Below, piece after piece: positions 33,849 to 45,740 of a stretch of DNA of 64,000 bases. The first letter of the stretch is position 1; every line of letters starts with the position of its first letter. The notes below the pieces were generated by a model. The model searched no databases and had not been told where the DNA came from. It saw only the letters and a list, made by a program, of their open reading frames with translations. Made by a program: the position numbers and the translations under genes. The DNA is from Sphingobium sp. GTDB lineage: Bacteria > Pseudomonadota > Alphaproteobacteria > Sphingomonadales > Sphingomonadaceae. Location: the NCBI GenBank assembly GCA_020446425.1, contig JAGRES010000011.1, positions 9,484 to 73,483 of the forward strand, written 5' to 3'.

Positions 33849-35921
33849 ATGGCCCGCAGCCATCCGCTCGAAAAATACCGCAATATTGGTATCATGGCGC
33901 ATATCGACGCCGGCAAGACCACTACGACCGAGCGCATCCTGTATTATACCGGCAAGTCCTACAAGATCGGCGAAGTGCATGACGGCGCCGCAACGATGGA
34001 CTGGATGGAGCAGGAGCAGGAACGCGGGATCACCATCACATCGGCGGCCACGACTTGTTTCTGGAACGATAACCGCATCAACATCATCGATACGCCGGGC
34101 CACGTTGACTTCACTATCGAAGTGGAGCGCTCGCTGCGCGTGCTTGACGGTGCGGTGGCATGTTTCGACGGTGTCGCGGGCGTGGAGCCGCAGTCTGAAA
34201 CCGTGTGGCGTCAGGCCGACAAATATGGCGTGCCGCGTATGTGCTTCATCAACAAGCTGGATCGTACGGGCGCCAATTTCGAATATTGCGTGCAGTCGAT
34301 CATCGACCGCCTCGGCGCCACTCCGGCTGTTCTCTATATCCCGATCGGTATCGAAGCCGACCTCAAGGGTCTGGTCGACCTCGTCAACAATCGCGGCATC
34401 GTCTGGAAGGACGAAAGCCTGGGCGCGGAATTCGAATATGTCGATATTCCGGCAGACCTGGCCGACAAGGCCGCTGAATATCGCGAAAAGTTGATCGAGC
34501 TTGCTGTTGAGCAGGACGATGACGTGATGGAAGCCTATCTCGAGGGTAATGAACCGGACGCCGACACGCTCAAGAAGCTGATCCGCAAGGGTACGCTGAA
34601 CCAGAGCTTCGTTCCGGTTCTCTGCGGTTCGGCCTTCAAGAACAAGGGCGTTCAGCCGTTGCTCGACGCCGTTGTCGATTATCTTCCCTCGCCGCTCGAC
34701 GTTCCCGCTATCAAGGGCGTCAAGCTCGATGGAACAACCGAAGACAGCCGGCCCTCAAGCGACGATGCGCCTTTCTCGGCGCTTGCGTTCAAGATCATGA
34801 ACGATCCGTTTGTCGGTTCGCTCACCTTCGCGCGCATCTATTCGGGCAAGCTCGAAAAGGGCAGCTACCTGAATTCGGTGAAGGACAAGAAGGAAAAAAT
34901 CGGTCGTATGCTGCTGATGCATGCGAACAGCCGTGAAGATATCGAAGAGGCCTATGCGGGCGACATCGTTGCTCTGGCCGGCCTCAAGGAAACCACCACC
35001 GGCGACACTTTGTGCGCCGAGCGCGCGCCGATCATCCTGGAGCGCATGGAGTTCCCTGACCCGGTTATCGAGCTGTCGGTGGAACCCAAAACCAAGGCCG
35101 ACCAGGAAAAGATGGGCATCGCGCTCAACCGTCTGGCCGCCGAGGATCCGTCCTTCCGTGTTTCGACCGATCATGAATCGGGCCAGACCATCATCAAGGG
35201 CATGGGCGAACTGCACCTCGACATTCTGGTCGACCGCATGAAGCGCGAGTTCAAGGTCGAGGCCAATGTCGGTGCGCCGCAGGTGGCCTATCGTGAATCA
35301 CTCGCCAAATCTGTCGAGGTCGACTACACCCACAAGAAGCAGTCGGGCGGTTCCGGTCAGTTCGGTCGCGTCAAGGTTTCGGTTACGCCGGGCGAACGCG
35401 GCAGTGGCATCACCTGGGTTGACGAGATCAAGGGCGGTAATATTCCGCGCGAATATATCCCGTCGATTGAGAAGGGTATGCGCGAAACCGCCGAGAGCGG
35501 CTCGCTTATCGGTTTCCCGATCATCGATTTCGAAATTCGTCTCACAGACGGCGCCTATCACGATGTCGACTCGTCGGCTCTGGCATTCGAAATCGCCGGT
35601 CGCGGTGCGATGCGAGAGGTGGCGCAGAAGGCTGGTATCAAGCTGCTTGAGCCGGTCATGAGAGTTGAGGTTGTGACCCCGGAAGAATATCTGGGCGATG
35701 TCATCGGCGACATGAACAGCCGTCGTGGCCAGATCCAGGGTACGGACAGCCGCGGCAACGCTCAGGTTGTCGAGGCCATGGTGCCGCTGGCCAACATGTT
35801 CGGATATGTGAACCAGCTCCGTTCGTTCACCCAGGGACGTGCGCAGTACACCATGCAGTTCTCGCACTATGAAGAAGTGCCGCAGAATGTTGCGGATGAG
35901 GTAAAGGCCAAGATGGCCTGA
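33849..35921 (+). CDS. fusA: elongation factor G
   Basis: [35 protein letters not shown]..., 690 aa. Confidence 0.97.
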   Translation: MARSHPLEKYRNIGIMAHIDAGKTTTTERILYYTGKSYKIGEVHDGAATMDWMEQEQERGITITSAATTCFWNDNRINIIDTPGHVDFTIEVERSLRVLDGAVACFDGVAGVEPQSETVWRQADKYGVPRMCFINKLDRTGANFEYCVQSIIDRLGATPAVLYIPIGIEADLKGLVDLVNNRGIVWKDESLGAEFEYVDIPADLADKAAEYREKLIELAVEQDDDVMEAYLEGNEPDADTLKKLIRKGTLNQSFVPVLCGSAFKNKGVQPLLDAVVDYLPSPLDVPAIKGVKLDGTTEDSRPSSDDAPFSALAFKIMNDPFVGSLTFARIYSGKLEKGSYLNSVKDKKEKIGRMLLMHANSREDIEEAYAGDIVALAGLKETTTGDTLCAERAPIILERMEFPDPVIELSVEPKTKADQEKMGIALNRLAAEDPSFRVSTDHESGQTIIKGMGELHLDILVDRMKREFKVEANVGAPQVAYRESLAKSVEVDYTHKKQSGGSGQFGRVKVSVTPGERGSGITWVDEIKGGNIPREYIPSIEKGMRETAESGSLIGFPIIDFEIRLTDGAYHDVDSSALAFEIAGRGAMREVAQKAGIKLLEPVMRVEVVTPEEYLGDVIGDMNSRRGQIQGTDSRGNAQVVEAMVPLANMFGYVNQLRSFTQGRAQYTMQFSHYEEVPQNVADEVKAKMA

Positions 35922-36062
35922 TGTGCCTGGAGGGGTGAAGTGCTCTCCCCTCCAAAAAAGCTCTAAAAACGGGCTGGCATTCTCAAAATTAACTGCTATG
36001 AGCGCCACTTCGCGAGGCGCCTCATGGCTGTCGAAGCAGATTTGGACAAGAAGAGGTAAGAA

Positions 36063-37238
36063 ATGGCTAAGGCTAAATTTGAGCGGAACAAGCCGCACTG
36101 CAACATCGGCACCATCGGTCACGTCGACCATGGCAAGACCACGCTGACAGCTGCGATCACCAAGGTGCTGGGTGCGCCGGTGGACTTCAGCAACATCGAC
36201 AAGGCTCCCGAAGAGCGTGAGCGCGGCATCACCATTTCGACCGCGCACGTCGAATATGAAACCGATGCGCGTCACTATGCGCACGTCGACTGCCCCGGCC
36301 ACGCCGACTATGTGAAGAACATGATCACCGGCGCCGCGCAGATGGACGGTGCGATCCTCGTTGTGAATGCTGCCGACGGTCCGATGCCGCAGACCCGCGA
36401 GCACATCCTGCTCGCTCGTCAGGTTGGCGTTCCCGCACTCGTCGTGTTCCTCAACAAGGTTGACCAGGTCGACGACGAAGAGCTGCTCGAACTCGTTGAG
36501 CTCGAAGTTCGCGAACTGCTTTCCAGCTACGACTTCCCGGGCGACGATATTCCGATCATCGCCGGTTCGGCTCTGGCCGCTCTGGAAGATCGCGACGACG
36601 CCATCGGCAAGGAAAAGATCCTTGAGCTGATGAAGGCTGTCGATGAATCCATCCCGCAGCCCGCCCGTCCGGTTGACAAGCCCTTCCTGATGCCGATCGA
36701 AGACGTGTTCTCGATCTCCGGTCGTGGTACGGTTGTGACCGGCCGTGTTGAAACCGGCATCGTCAAGGTCGGTGAAGAAGTCGAGATCGTCGGCCTCAAG
36801 GACACGCAGAAGACCACCGTTACCGGTGTCGAAATGTTCCGCAAGCTGCTTGATCAGGGTGAAGCTGGCGACAATATCGGTGCGCTGATCCGCGGTATCG
36901 GCCGTGAGGACGTGGAGCGCGGTCAGGTTCTGGCCAAGCCGGGTTCGGTTACGCCGCACACCGAGTTCGAAGCTGAAGTTTACGTGCTGTCGAAGGACGA
37001 AGGTGGCCGTCACACGCCGTTCTTCGCCAACTATCGCCCGCAGTTCTACTTCCGCACGACCGACGTGACCGGCGAAGTGATCCTGCCCGAAGGCACCGAA
37101 ATGGTGATGCCGGGCGACAACGTGAAAATCGGCGTTAAGCTGATCGCTCCGATCGCCATGGACCCGGGTCTCCGCTTCGCTATTCGCGAAGGCGGCCGCA
37201 CCGTTGGTTCGGGGGTTGTCGCGAACATCACAAAGTAA
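36063..37238 (+). CDS. tuf: elongation factor Tu
   Basis: [37 protein letters not shown] and NKVD motifs. Confidence 0.97.
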   Translation: MAKAKFERNKPHCNIGTIGHVDHGKTTLTAAITKVLGAPVDFSNIDKAPEERERGITISTAHVEYETDARHYAHVDCPGHADYVKNMITGAAQMDGAILVVNAADGPMPQTREHILLARQVGVPALVVFLNKVDQVDDEELLELVELEVRELLSSYDFPGDDIPIIAGSALAALEDRDDAIGKEKILELMKAVDESIPQPARPVDKPFLMPIEDVFSISGRGTVVTGRVETGIVKVGEEVEIVGLKDTQKTTVTGVEMFRKLLDQGEAGDNIGALIRGIGREDVERGQVLAKPGSVTPHTEFEAEVYVLSKDEGGRHTPFFANYRPQFYFRTTDVTGEVILPEGTEMVMPGDNVKIGVKLIAPIAMDPGLRFAIREGGRTVGSGVVANITK

Positions 37239-37249
37239 TATAGGCAGCG

Positions 37250-37288
37250 GACCGCGCGGGTCGGGTGATTCGCGCGGTCTGGTTTTTT
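37250..37288 (+). terminator. Rho-independent terminator after tuf
   Basis: GACCGCGCG-12 nt-CGCGCGGTC followed by TGGTTTTTT. Confidence 0.85.
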
Positions 37289-37393
37289 GAGGCCGCCTCG
37301 GCCTGATATTCGCAGGATTTTCCGGAGTGTCAGGTCTCTCGCAAGAGAGTGGGGCGGCTTTGGTTTTGGCTCTTTCGCATCGGTAAGTTGGAC

Positions 37394-37705
37394 ATGGAAA
37401 CGCAGAATATCCGCATTCGCCTCAAGGCCTTCGATCACCGCGTGCTCGATCAGGCAACCGGCGACATCGCAGACACCGCCCGCCGTACGGGCGCTCTTAT
37501 TCGCGGCCCCATTCCTCTGCCGACGCGCATCGAGAAGTTCACGGTCAACCGTGGACCTCATATTGATAAAAAGAGCCGCGAACAGTTCGAGGTCCGCACC
37601 TACAAGCGTATGCTTGATATTGTGCAGCCGACGCCGCAGACGGTCGATGCGCTGATGAAGCTCGACCTCGCCGCTGGCGTAAATGTTGAGATCAAGCTCG
37701 CTTAA
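37394..37705 (+). CDS. rpsJ: 30S ribosomal protein S10
   Basis: [25 protein letters not shown]... Start at ATG 37394. Confidence 0.97.
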   Translation: METQNIRIRLKAFDHRVLDQATGDIADTARRTGALIRGPIPLPTRIEKFTVNRGPHIDKKSREQFEVRTYKRMLDIVQPTPQTVDALMKLDLAAGVNVEIKLA

Positions 37706-37815
37706 GAGCTGATACGACAAGGGATACCGCCGGAATAATCCGGGTCCTGGTCCCCCGTCGCTTTCCTTTTGGGAAGCATCCAACCCGGACGGGGTGATCT
37801 TCATTGTTGGGTTGG

Positions 37816-37846
37816 CCGCTTGGCGATTTTCGTCAGGCGGTTTTTT
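37816..37846 (+). terminator. terminator-like hairpin (possible attenuator) in the rpsJ-rplC spacer
   Basis: CCGCTTGGCG-atttt-CGTCAGGCGG (10-bp stem with 2 G-U pairs) followed by TTTTTT. Upstream sits a second nested hairpin, CCCCGTC...GACGGGG. Confidence 0.55.
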
Positions 37847-37902
37847 CGTTGGATACGCCCGCCTAGCTTCGGTGAAGCGGGCCTCTGTTGGGAGAACTGA
37901 TC

Positions 37903-38679
37903 ATGCGTACTGGCGTGATCGCGAAGAAAGTCGGGATGACCCGCCTTTTCGAGGAAAGCGGACGGCATGTGCCCGTTACCGTTCTGGCCCTCGAAGGCAA
38001 TCAGGTGATTTCCCGCCGCGAGATTGAAAAGGACGGCTATGTCGCCGTTCAGCTCGGCGCTGGCGTGGCTAAAGCCAAGAACGTCAACAAGCCGCAGCGC
38101 GAACAATTTGCCAAGGCGGAAGTAGAGCCCAAGGCTCGCGTCGCCGAGTTCCGTGTCGATGAAGACGCGTTGCTCGATGTCGGTGCGGAGATTGCGGCTG
38201 ACCATTTCATTGCCGGCCAGCTGGTCGACGTGACCGGTCACACCCAGGGTAAGGGCTTTGCCGGTGCTATGAAGCGCTGGGGCTTCGGCGGTCTGCGCGC
38301 CACGCATGGTGTGTCGCTCTCTCACCGTTCGCATGGTTCGACCGGTAACCGTCAGGATCCGGGCAAGGTTTTCAAGAACAAGAAGATGGCCGGCCATATG
38401 GGCGACCGTCAGCGCACGCAGCAGAACCTCGAGATCGTCCGCACGGACGTTGAGCGTGGCCTGCTGTTCGTCAAGGGCTCGGTACCGGGCTCGAAGGGCA
38501 GCTGGCTGCTGGTCAGCGACGCCGTCAAGGTGCCGCGCCCGGCTGACGTGCCTTATCCCGCCAGCCTGAAGCAGGCTGCAAACAGCAACGAACCGGCTCC
38601 CGAACCGGCTGACATTCCGGCGGATACTCCCGCTGAGGAAGCAGCCGCACCGGAAGCCACCGAAGGCCAGGAGGGCTAA
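37903..38679 (+). CDS. rplC: 50S ribosomal protein L3 (with Pro/Ala/Glu-rich C-terminal tail)
   Basis: [28 protein letters not shown]... Start at ATG 37903. Confidence 0.96.
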   Translation: MRTGVIAKKVGMTRLFEESGRHVPVTVLALEGNQVISRREIEKDGYVAVQLGAGVAKAKNVNKPQREQFAKAEVEPKARVAEFRVDEDALLDVGAEIAADHFIAGQLVDVTGHTQGKGFAGAMKRWGFGGLRATHGVSLSHRSHGSTGNRQDPGKVFKNKKMAGHMGDRQRTQQNLEIVRTDVERGLLFVKGSVPGSKGSWLLVSDAVKVPRPADVPYPASLKQAANSNEPAPEPADIPADTPAEEAAAPEATEGQEG

Positions 38680-38682
38680 TCG

Positions 38683-39306
38683 ATGAAGGTCGAAGTCAAA
38701 ACCCTGGACGCGAAGAAGAGCGGCGACGTCGAGCTCAACGATGCCATTTTCGGCATCGAGCCTCGCGCTGACATTCTGCACCGCGTCGTCACCTGGCAGC
38801 TTGAAAAGCGCCGTGCACCCGCTTCCGCCACCCGTGAGCGCAGCGATGTCGCCCGCACCGGCAAGAAGTTCGGCCGTCAGAAAGGCGGCGGTGTGGCCCG
38901 TCACGGCGATCGCCGTGCTCCGATCTTTGTCGGTGGTGGTAAGGCCCATGGTCAGCGCGCCCGCACTTTCGGTCACGACCTCAACAAGAAGGTTCGTGCG
39001 CTCGGCCTGAAGATGGCGCTTTCCGCCAAGGCCAAGGGCGGCGCGATCACCGTGGTCGACAATCTCGATGTGAAGGACGGCAAGACGAAGTTGCTCGCCG
39101 GTCAGCTCGAGAAGCTGGGTCTCGCAAAGGCGCTGTTCATTGACGGCGACGCGATCAACGTCAGCTTCGCCAAGGCGTCGTCGAACCTGGTAGGCATCAA
39201 TGTCCTGCCTGCGGTCGGCGCCAATGTGTACGACATTCTCCATGCCGACGCGCTGGTCCTGACCCGTGCCGCTGTGGAAAAGCTGGAGGCGCGCTTCAAT
39301 GGCTAA
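38683..39306 (+). CDS. rplD: 50S ribosomal protein L4
   Basis: [36 protein letters not shown]... Confidence 0.96.
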   Translation: MKVEVKTLDAKKSGDVELNDAIFGIEPRADILHRVVTWQLEKRRAPASATRERSDVARTGKKFGRQKGGGVARHGDRRAPIFVGGGKAHGQRARTFGHDLNKKVRALGLKMALSAKAKGGAITVVDNLDVKDGKTKLLAGQLEKLGLAKALFIDGDAINVSFAKASSNLVGINVLPAVGANVYDILHADALVLTRAAVEKLEARFNG

Positions 39307-39613
39307 GAAACAGGCAAGCGCGGTGGATCTGCGTCACTATGACGTTATTCTTGCACCGCACATCACCGAAAAAGCCACGCTGCTCTCCGAGAACAACGCC
39401 GTTGTTTTCAAGGTTGCGGGCGACGCGTCCAAGCCGGAAATCAAGGCGGCTGTGGAAGCTCTGTATGGCGTATCCGTCAAGGGCGTGAACACCATTGTCC
39501 AGAAGGGCAAGGTGAAGCGCTGGCGCGGCAAGCCTTACAAGCGCAGCGATTTCAAGAAAGCGGTCGTCACGCTGGCTGAAGGCCAGTCGATTGACGTGAC
39601 CAGCACGATCTGA
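39299..39613 (+). CDS. rplW: 50S ribosomal protein L23
   Basis: [27 protein letters not shown]... 8-nt overlap with rplD. Confidence 0.95.
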   Translation: MAKKQASAVDLRHYDVILAPHITEKATLLSENNAVVFKVAGDASKPEIKAAVEALYGVSVKGVNTIVQKGKVKRWRGKPYKRSDFKKAVVTLAEGQSIDVTSTI

Positions 39614-39627
39614 GGCGAGAGGCGACA

Positions 39628-40464
39628 ATGGCACTCAAGCATTATAACCCGACCAGCCCCGCACAGCGCGGCCTTATCCTGGTTGACCGCTCGCACCTTC
39701 ACAAGGGCAAGCCGGTCAAGCAGCTGACCGAAGGCAAGCGCAAGACGGGTGGCCGCAACAACAAGGGCCATGTGACCAGCCGCGGTATCGCGGGCGGCCA
39801 CAAGCAGCGCTATCGCATCGTCGATTTCAAGCGTCGCAAATGGGACGTCGAAGGCACGGTCGAGCGTCTGGAATATGACCCCAACCGCACTGCGTTCATC
39901 GCTCTCGTCAAATATGATGACGGCGAGCTGGCCTATATCCTCGCGCCGCAGCGCCTTGCGCCCGGCGACAAGGTGATCGCCGGTAAGAAGACCGACGTGA
40001 AGCCGGGCAACGCGATGGAGCTGGGCCAGATGCCCGTCGGCACCATCTGCCACAATATCGAGATGAAGCCGGGCAAGGGCGGTCAGATCGCCCGTAGCGC
40101 AGGCACCTATGTTCAGCTGGTCGGTCGCGACCGCGGCATGGTGATCGTTCGCCTGAACTCGGGTGAGCAGCGCTACATTCGCTCGGACTGCATGGGCACT
40201 GTCGGCGCCGTTTCGAACCCCGACAACGCCAACACCAATCTCGCCAAGGCCGGCCGTAACCGCTGGCTGGGCAAGCGCCCGCTGACCCGCGGCGTTGCGA
40301 AGAACCCGGTCGACCACCCGCACGGCGGTGGTGAAGGCCGGACCTCCGGTGGCCGCCATCCGGTGACCCCGTGGGGCAAGCCGACCAAGGGTGCCCGCAC
40401 CCGCAACAACAAACAGACCGACCGCATGATCATCCGGTCGCGTCACGCGAAGAAGAAGAGGTAA
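39628..40464 (+). CDS. rplB: 50S ribosomal protein L2
   Basis: [22 protein letters not shown]... and HPHGGGEGR. Confidence 0.97.
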   Translation: MALKHYNPTSPAQRGLILVDRSHLHKGKPVKQLTEGKRKTGGRNNKGHVTSRGIAGGHKQRYRIVDFKRRKWDVEGTVERLEYDPNRTAFIALVKYDDGELAYILAPQRLAPGDKVIAGKKTDVKPGNAMELGQMPVGTICHNIEMKPGKGGQIARSAGTYVQLVGRDRGMVIVRLNSGEQRYIRSDCMGTVGAVSNPDNANTNLAKAGRNRWLGKRPLTRGVAKNPVDHPHGGGEGRTSGGRHPVTPWGKPTKGARTRNNKQTDRMIIRSRHAKKKR

Positions 40465-40467
40465 GCG

Positions 40468-40746
40468 ATGGCTCGTTCCGTCTGGAAGGGTCCGTTTGTG
40501 GACCTGCATCTGCTGAAAAAGGCAGAATCCGCGCAGGAAGCTGGCGCCAAGGCTGGTCCGATCAAGACCTGGTCGCGCCGCTCGACCATCCTGCCGCAGT
40601 TCGTTGGCCTGACGTTCAACGTCTATAACGGCCGCAAGCACGTTCCCGTTTCGGTGAACGAAGACATGGTTGGCCACAAGCTGGGCGAGTTCGCGCCGAC
40701 GCGCTACTTCCCCGGTCATGCTGCCGACAAGAAGGGTAAGCGCTAA
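40468..40746 (+). CDS. rpsS: 30S ribosomal protein S19
   Basis: [18 protein letters not shown]... Confidence 0.97.
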   Translation: MARSVWKGPFVDLHLLKKAESAQEAGAKAGPIKTWSRRSTILPQFVGLTFNVYNGRKHVPVSVNEDMVGHKLGEFAPTRYFPGHAADKKGKR

Positions 40747-41129
40747 TGGGTAAGGCAAAGGCTCCCCGCCGCGTCGCCGCCAATGAGGCGCTGGCCGTCG
40801 GCACGACCATTCGCGGTTCGGCGCAGAAGCTGAACCTCGTTGCTGCGCTGATCCGTGGCCGCAAGGTCGAGGACGCGATGAACGTGCTCGCTTTCTCGAA
40901 GCGCGCAATGGCCGTCGATGTCCGCAAGGTTCTCGCTTCGGCGATTGCCAATGCGGAAAACAATCACAATCTCGACGTCGATGCTCTGGTCGTCGCCGAG
41001 GCTTCGGTTGGCAAGGCGCTGACCATGAAGCGCTTCCACGCACGCGGTCGCGGTAAGTCGACCCGTATCCTGAAGCCGTTCAGCCGGGTTCGGATCGTGG
41101 TGCGCGAACAAGAAGAAGCGGAGGCTTGA
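40746..41129 (+). CDS. rplV: 50S ribosomal protein L22
   Basis: The sequence ...[35 protein letters not shown]... is typical of L22. Confidence 0.96.
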   Translation: MGKAKAPRRVAANEALAVGTTIRGSAQKLNLVAALIRGRKVEDAMNVLAFSKRAMAVDVRKVLASAIANAENNHNLDVDALVVAEASVGKALTMKRFHARGRGKSTRILKPFSRVRIVVREQEEAEA

Positions 41130-41132
41130 GCT

Positions 41133-41828
41133 ATGGGTCATAAGAGCAATCCGATCGGTCTGCGTCTTCAGATCAACCGCACCTGGGACAGCCGCTGGTT
41201 CGCGGAAGGCCAGGATTATGGCCGTCTTCTGATGGAGGATCTTCAGATCCGCAAATTCATCATGAAGACCGTGCCGCAGGCCGCGATCTCCAAGGTCGTG
41301 ATCGAGCGTCCGGCCAAGCTGTGCCGCGTTTCCATCTATGCCGCACGCCCCGGCGTGATCATCGGCAAGAAGGGCGCTGACATCGAAAAGCTGCGCCGCA
41401 AGCTGGCGGAAATGACCGACAGCGACGTGAGCCTGAACATCGTTGAAATCCGCAAGCCGGAAATCGACGCGAAGCTCGTTGCACAGGGTGTCGCCGACCA
41501 GCTGGAGCGCCGTATCGCGTTCCGCCGTGCGATGAAGCGCGCTGTGCAGTCGGCTCTGCGTCTCGGCGCGGAAGGCATCAAGATCACCTGCGGCGGCCGT
41601 CTGGGCGGCGCGGAAATCGCCCGCACCGAATGGTATCGCGAAGGCCGCGTTCCGCTGCACACGCTGCGCGGCAACGTCGATTACGCCGAAGCAACTGCTC
41701 ACACCGCTTATGGCGTGTGCGGCATCAAGGTGTGGATCTTCAAGGGTGAGATTCTGGGCCACGACCCGATGGCCACCGACCGGCTGATGATGGAGGCACA
41801 AACCTCCGGCGTCCGTCCGGCGCATTGA
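41133..41828 (+). CDS. rpsC: 30S ribosomal protein S3
   Basis: [24 protein letters not shown]... Confidence 0.97.
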   Translation: MGHKSNPIGLRLQINRTWDSRWFAEGQDYGRLLMEDLQIRKFIMKTVPQAAISKVVIERPAKLCRVSIYAARPGVIIGKKGADIEKLRRKLAEMTDSDVSLNIVEIRKPEIDAKLVAQGVADQLERRIAFRRAMKRAVQSALRLGAEGIKITCGGRLGGAEIARTEWYREGRVPLHTLRGNVDYAEATAHTAYGVCGIKVWIFKGEILGHDPMATDRLMMEAQTSGVRPAH

Positions 41829-41847
41829 TTGATTAGGGACTAGCGTC

Positions 41848-42282
41848 ATGCTGCAACCGAAGAAAATGAAGTTCCGCAAGGCTTTCAAGGGCCGGATCAA
41901 GGGCAATGCCAAGGGCGGCAGCGACCTGAATTTCGGATCCTATGGCCTGAAGGCGATGGAACCGGAGCGTATCACCGCTCGCCAGATCGAAGCCGCGCGT
42001 CGCGCGATCACCCGCCACATCCGCCGTCAGGGCCGTTTGTGGATCCGCGTGTTCCCCGACGTTCCGGTGTCGAAGAAGCCTGCCGAAGTCCGTCAGGGTA
42101 AAGGTAAGGGTTCGGTCGAATATTGGGCGGCGCGCGTAAAGCCCGGCCGCATCCTGTTCGAGCTTGACGGTGTTCCCGGCCCGCTCGCGGCGGAAGCCTT
42201 TTCGCGTGCAGCGATGAAGCTGCCGATCAAGACCAAGGTGGTGGCGCGTCTGGGCGACACCTCGCATCTGGGAGGCGAATGA
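41848..42282 (+). CDS. rplP: 50S ribosomal protein L16
   Basis: [24 protein letters not shown]... Confidence 0.97.
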   Translation: MLQPKKMKFRKAFKGRIKGNAKGGSDLNFGSYGLKAMEPERITARQIEAARRAITRHIRRQGRLWIRVFPDVPVSKKPAEVRQGKGKGSVEYWAARVKPGRILFELDGVPGPLAAEAFSRAAMKLPIKTKVVARLGDTSHLGGE

Positions 42283-42283
42283 C

Positions 42284-42484
42284 ATGGCACAGGTAACGGA
42301 TTTCCGCGCCAAGTCGGACGATGAACTGGCAGGCGAACTCGCCAACCTGAAGAAAGAGCAGTTCAACCTGCGCTTTCAGGCGGCGACCAACCAGCTGGAA
42401 AAGCCCAGCCGCGTGCGCGAAGTGCGCCGCGCCATTGCACAGATCAAGACGCTGCAGGGCGAACGCGCCCGCGTGGCGAAATAA
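42284..42484 (+). CDS. rpmC: 50S ribosomal protein L29
   Basis: [32 protein letters not shown]... Confidence 0.95.
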   Translation: MAQVTDFRAKSDDELAGELANLKKEQFNLRFQAATNQLEKPSRVREVRRAIAQIKTLQGERARVAK

Positions 42485-42498
42485 GGAAGGAAGCGACT

Positions 42499-42777
42499 AT
42501 GCCCAAGCGCGTGCTGACGGGAACGGTGGTTTCCGACAAGGGTGACAAGACGGTGGTGGTTCGTGTGGAGCGCAAGGTGAAGCACCCGCTCTACGGCAAG
42601 ATCATCCGCCGCTCGAAGAAATATCATGCTCATGACGATACCAACGAGTATCGCGAGGGCGAAACCGTCCGTATCGAGGAGACGGCGCCGATCTCGAAGC
42701 TGAAGACCTGGAAGGTCATCGCTCGGGTGGACACGCACAAGTCGCCCGAGGAAGTGGCGGCGGAAGCAGCGGCGTAA
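42499..42777 (+). CDS. rpsQ: 30S ribosomal protein S17
   Basis: [34 protein letters not shown]... Confidence 0.96.
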   Translation: MPKRVLTGTVVSDKGDKTVVVRVERKVKHPLYGKIIRRSKKYHAHDDTNEYREGETVRIEETAPISKLKTWKVIARVDTHKSPEEVAAEAAA

Positions 42778-42842
42778 CGGTCGCATCAGTTTTGGGAACT
42801 ACCGGAATATTCCGGCAAGCCAGGTAAGAAGGAACCGGATCC

Positions 42843-43211
42843 ATGATCCAGATGCAATCCAATCTTGAGGTCGCCGACAACAGCGGTGCCAAGCGCGTTC
42901 AGTGCATCAAGGTGCTGGGCGGCTCGAAGCGGCGTGTGGCCGGCGTGGGCGACATCATCGTCGTCTCCGTCAAGGAAGCACAGCCCAAGGGCCGTGTGAA
43001 AAAGGGTGACGTGCACCGCGCCGTCATCGTGCGCACCGCGAAAGACGTTCGCCGTCCCGACGGCAGCGTCATCCGCTTTGACAGCAACGCCGCCGTTCTG
43101 GTCAACAAGAGCGAAGAGCCGATCGGCACGCGTATCTTCGGCCCCGTGGTTCGCGAGCTGCGCGCCACCGGCCACATGAAGATCATCTCGCTGGCTCCGG
43201 AGGTGCTGTAA
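42843..43211 (+). CDS. rplN: 50S ribosomal protein L14
   Basis: [28 protein letters not shown]... Confidence 0.97.
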   Translation: MIQMQSNLEVADNSGAKRVQCIKVLGGSKRRVAGVGDIIVVSVKEAQPKGRVKKGDVHRAVIVRTAKDVRRPDGSVIRFDSNAAVLVNKSEEPIGTRIFGPVVRELRATGHMKIISLAPEVL

Positions 43212-43522
43212 TGAGCGCTGCACGTATCAAGAAGGGCGACACCGTCGTGGTGCTCGCGGGCAAGGACAAGGGCCGCACCGGCGCCGTCCTGCAGGTTATG
43301 CCGAAGGAGGACAAGGTCCTCGTCGACGGCGTTAACGTGCATGCGCGTCACCGCAAGCCCGACCAGATGAACCCGCAGGGCGGCATCGACCGCAAGCCCG
43401 CTCCGCTGCACATTTCCAACGTCGCGATTGCCGGCAAGGATGGCAAGGCCACCCGCGTCCGCTTCGAAGAGCGCGACGGCAAGAAGGTCCGCGTGGCCGT
43501 GAAGTCCGGGGAGGTCATCTGA
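43211..43522 (+). CDS. rplX: 50S ribosomal protein L24
   Basis: [29 protein letters not shown]... Confidence 0.96.
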   Translation: MSAARIKKGDTVVVLAGKDKGRTGAVLQVMPKEDKVLVDGVNVHARHRKPDQMNPQGGIDRKPAPLHISNVAIAGKDGKATRVRFEERDGKKVRVAVKSGEVI

Positions 43523-44097
43523 TGGCTGACAAATATACTCCGCGTCTCAGAACGCTCTATGACGAGCAGATCGTCAAGGCGATGACCGAGAAGTTCGGCT
43601 ACGCCAACGTGATGCAGGTTCCCGGGATCGAGAAGATCACGCTCAACATGGGCGTCGGCGAAGCGACCCAGGACAAGAAGAGGGTCACTTCTGCTGCTGA
43701 GGAAATGGAGCTGATCGCGGGTCAGAAGCCCGTCATCACCAAGGCGCGCAAGTCGATTGCGCAGTTCAAACTGCGTGAAGGCATGCCGATCGGTGCGAAG
43801 GTCACCCTGCGCCGCGAACGCATGTACGAATTCCTCGACCGTCTGATCACCATCGCGATGCCCCGCATCCGCGACTTCCGTGGTCTGAACCCCAAGTCGT
43901 TCGACGGCCGCGGCAATTATGCGTTCGGGATCAAGGAGCAGATCATCTTCCCCGAAATCAACTATGACCGCATCGACAAGGTGCGCGGCATGGACATCAT
44001 CGTGACCACCACGGCCAAGACGGACGAAGAAGCGCGCGAACTGCTGCGCCTGTTCGGTTTCCCGTTCCCGGCTGAAGAGGAAAAGCAGGCCGCTTGA
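43522..44097 (+). CDS. rplE: 50S ribosomal protein L5
   Basis: The sequence ...[42 protein letters not shown]... is typical of L5. Confidence 0.97.
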   Translation: MADKYTPRLRTLYDEQIVKAMTEKFGYANVMQVPGIEKITLNMGVGEATQDKKRVTSAAEEMELIAGQKPVITKARKSIAQFKLREGMPIGAKVTLRRERMYEFLDRLITIAMPRIRDFRGLNPKSFDGRGNYAFGIKEQIIFPEINYDRIDKVRGMDIIVTTTAKTDEEARELLRLFGFPFPAEEEKQAA

Positions 44098-44134
44098 CGC
44101 GCGCCTGCATGAAGGAAGGAAGAGAACTTAAGTC

Positions 44135-44440
44135 ATGGCGAAACTGAGTTCCATCAACAAGAATGAGCGTCGCAAGAAGCTGGTAAAGAAATATGCCGGC
44201 AAATATGCGAAGCTGAAGGCTATTGCGAACGACAAGTCGCTCGACGATACCGAGCGTCTGATCGCGCGTCTCAAAATGGCCGAGATCCCGCGTAACGGCA
44301 ACCCGACCCGCGTGCGTAACCGCTGCGAGCTGACGGGCCGTCCGCGCGCTTATTACCGCAAATTCCGCCTCTGCCGCGTGCAGCTGCGCGATCTGGCCAA
44401 CAAGGGCCTGATCCCGGGCGTCACCAAGTCGAGCTGGTAA
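44135..44440 (+). CDS. rpsN: 30S ribosomal protein S14 (long form)
   Basis: [20 protein letters not shown]...[21 protein letters not shown]... Confidence 0.96.
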   Translation: MAKLSSINKNERRKKLVKKYAGKYAKLKAIANDKSLDDTERLIARLKMAEIPRNGNPTRVRNRCELTGRPRAYYRKFRLCRVQLRDLANKGLIPGVTKSSW

Positions 44441-44450
44441 GGATAACGAT

Positions 44451-44846
44451 ATGGCATTGACCGATCCTCTGGGTGATATGCTCACCCGCATCCGCAACGG
44501 CCAGACGGCTCGTAAGGATAGTGTCACCACCCCGGCCTCCAAGCTGCGCGCGCGCGTACTCGACGTGCTGCAGCGTGAAGGCTACATCCGTGGTTACAGC
44601 GAAGAAGCGCTGGGCAAGCATCCTGGCCTGCGCATCGAGCTGAAATATTTCGAGGGCGAACCCGCGATCAAGCATGTCGCCCGCGTGTCGAAGCCCGGTC
44701 GCCGCGTCTATTCCGGCAGCAAGGAATTGCCGGTCGTGCGCAATGGCCTGGGCATCACCATCGTTTCGACGCCGCGTGGCGTTCTGTCCGACGTGGAAGC
44801 GCGCGATCAGAATGTCGGTGGCGAAGTACTGGCGGAGGTATTCTGA
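44451..44846 (+). CDS. rpsH: 30S ribosomal protein S8
   Basis: [25 protein letters not shown]... Confidence 0.97.
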   Translation: MALTDPLGDMLTRIRNGQTARKDSVTTPASKLRARVLDVLQREGYIRGYSEEALGKHPGLRIELKYFEGEPAIKHVARVSKPGRRVYSGSKELPVVRNGLGITIVSTPRGVLSDVEARDQNVGGEVLAEVF

Positions 44847-44848
44847 CC

Positions 44849-45382
44849 ATGTCTCGTATCGGCAAGAAACCCGTTGCGATTCCGAGCGGCGTGACCGCGA
44901 CGATCGCCGACGGCCAGCTTTCGGTGAAGGGGCCCAAGGGCACGCTCGCCATGGATCTGGTCGACGAAGTGACCTACACGGTCGAAGACGACAGCGTCTC
45001 CGTTCAGCCCGTCAGCAACAGCAAGCGTTCGCGCTCGTTCTGGGGCATGCAGCGCACGCTGGTGCAGAACCTGATGACCGGCGTGACAGAGGGTTATACC
45101 AAGGTGCTGGAAATCAGCGGCGTTGGTTATCGTGCACAGGCGCAGGGCAAGACCCTGAAGCTGCAGCTCGGCTTCAGCCACGACGTCGATTTCGCGGTGC
45201 CCGAAGGCATCGAGATCAAGACCCCGGATAACACCACGGTCGAGATCAGCGGCATCGACAAGCAGAAGGTCGGCCAGGTCGCGGCGGAAATCCGTCGCTG
45301 GAGGAAGCCCGAACCCTATAAGGGCAAGGGTATCAAATATCGCGGTGAGTATATCTTCCGCAAAGAAGGCAAGAAGAAGTAA
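44849..45382 (+). CDS. rplF: 50S ribosomal protein L6
   Basis: [33 protein letters not shown]... Confidence 0.97.
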   Translation: MSRIGKKPVAIPSGVTATIADGQLSVKGPKGTLAMDLVDEVTYTVEDDSVSVQPVSNSKRSRSFWGMQRTLVQNLMTGVTEGYTKVLEISGVGYRAQAQGKTLKLQLGFSHDVDFAVPEGIEIKTPDNTTVEISGIDKQKVGQVAAEIRRWRKPEPYKGKGIKYRGEYIFRKEGKKK

Positions 45383-45385
45383 GCC

Positions 45386-45739
45386 ATGGCGAAACTCTCT
45401 CTCTTCGAACGGCGTCGTCGCCGCGTTCGCACCGCCCTCAAGGCGCATTCGGGCACCCGTCCGCGTCTTTCCATCCACCGTTCGGGCAAGCATATCTATG
45501 CCCAGGTTATCGACGATGAGCGCGGTCACACCGTGGCTGCCGCTTCGACCCTGGACAAGGATGTGCGTGGCAAGGCAGGCTCGAACGCCGCCGCAGCCGC
45601 CGAAGTTGGCAAGCGCGTCGCCGCTGCTGCAACCAAGGCAGGCGTGACCAAGGTCGTGTTCGACCGTGGCGGTTTCCTGTTCCATGGCCGCGTGAAGGCG
45701 CTGGCCGATGCTGCCCGTGAAGGCGGGCTGGAGTTCTGA
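45386..45739 (+). CDS. rplR: 50S ribosomal protein L18
   Basis: The sequence ...[35 protein letters not shown]... is typical of L18. Confidence 0.96.
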   Translation: MAKLSLFERRRRRVRTALKAHSGTRPRLSIHRSGKHIYAQVIDDERGHTVAAASTLDKDVRGKAGSNAAAAAEVGKRVAAAATKAGVTKVVFDRGGFLFHGRVKALADAAREGGLEF

Positions 45740-45740
45740 T

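Noticed and set aside
35298-37013. Very long antisense ORFs across the high-GC core genes: 6819-8135, 35298-37013, 37801-39243, 39535-41043, 40743-41912, 45507-47489 and 60368-62284. Many shorter ones occur too.
   Set aside because: They lie opposite genes with unmistakable products (nrdB, fusA/tuf, ribosomal proteins, guaA). Their translations are Arg/Ala/Gly/His-rich, as is typical of shadow frames in GC-rich DNA.
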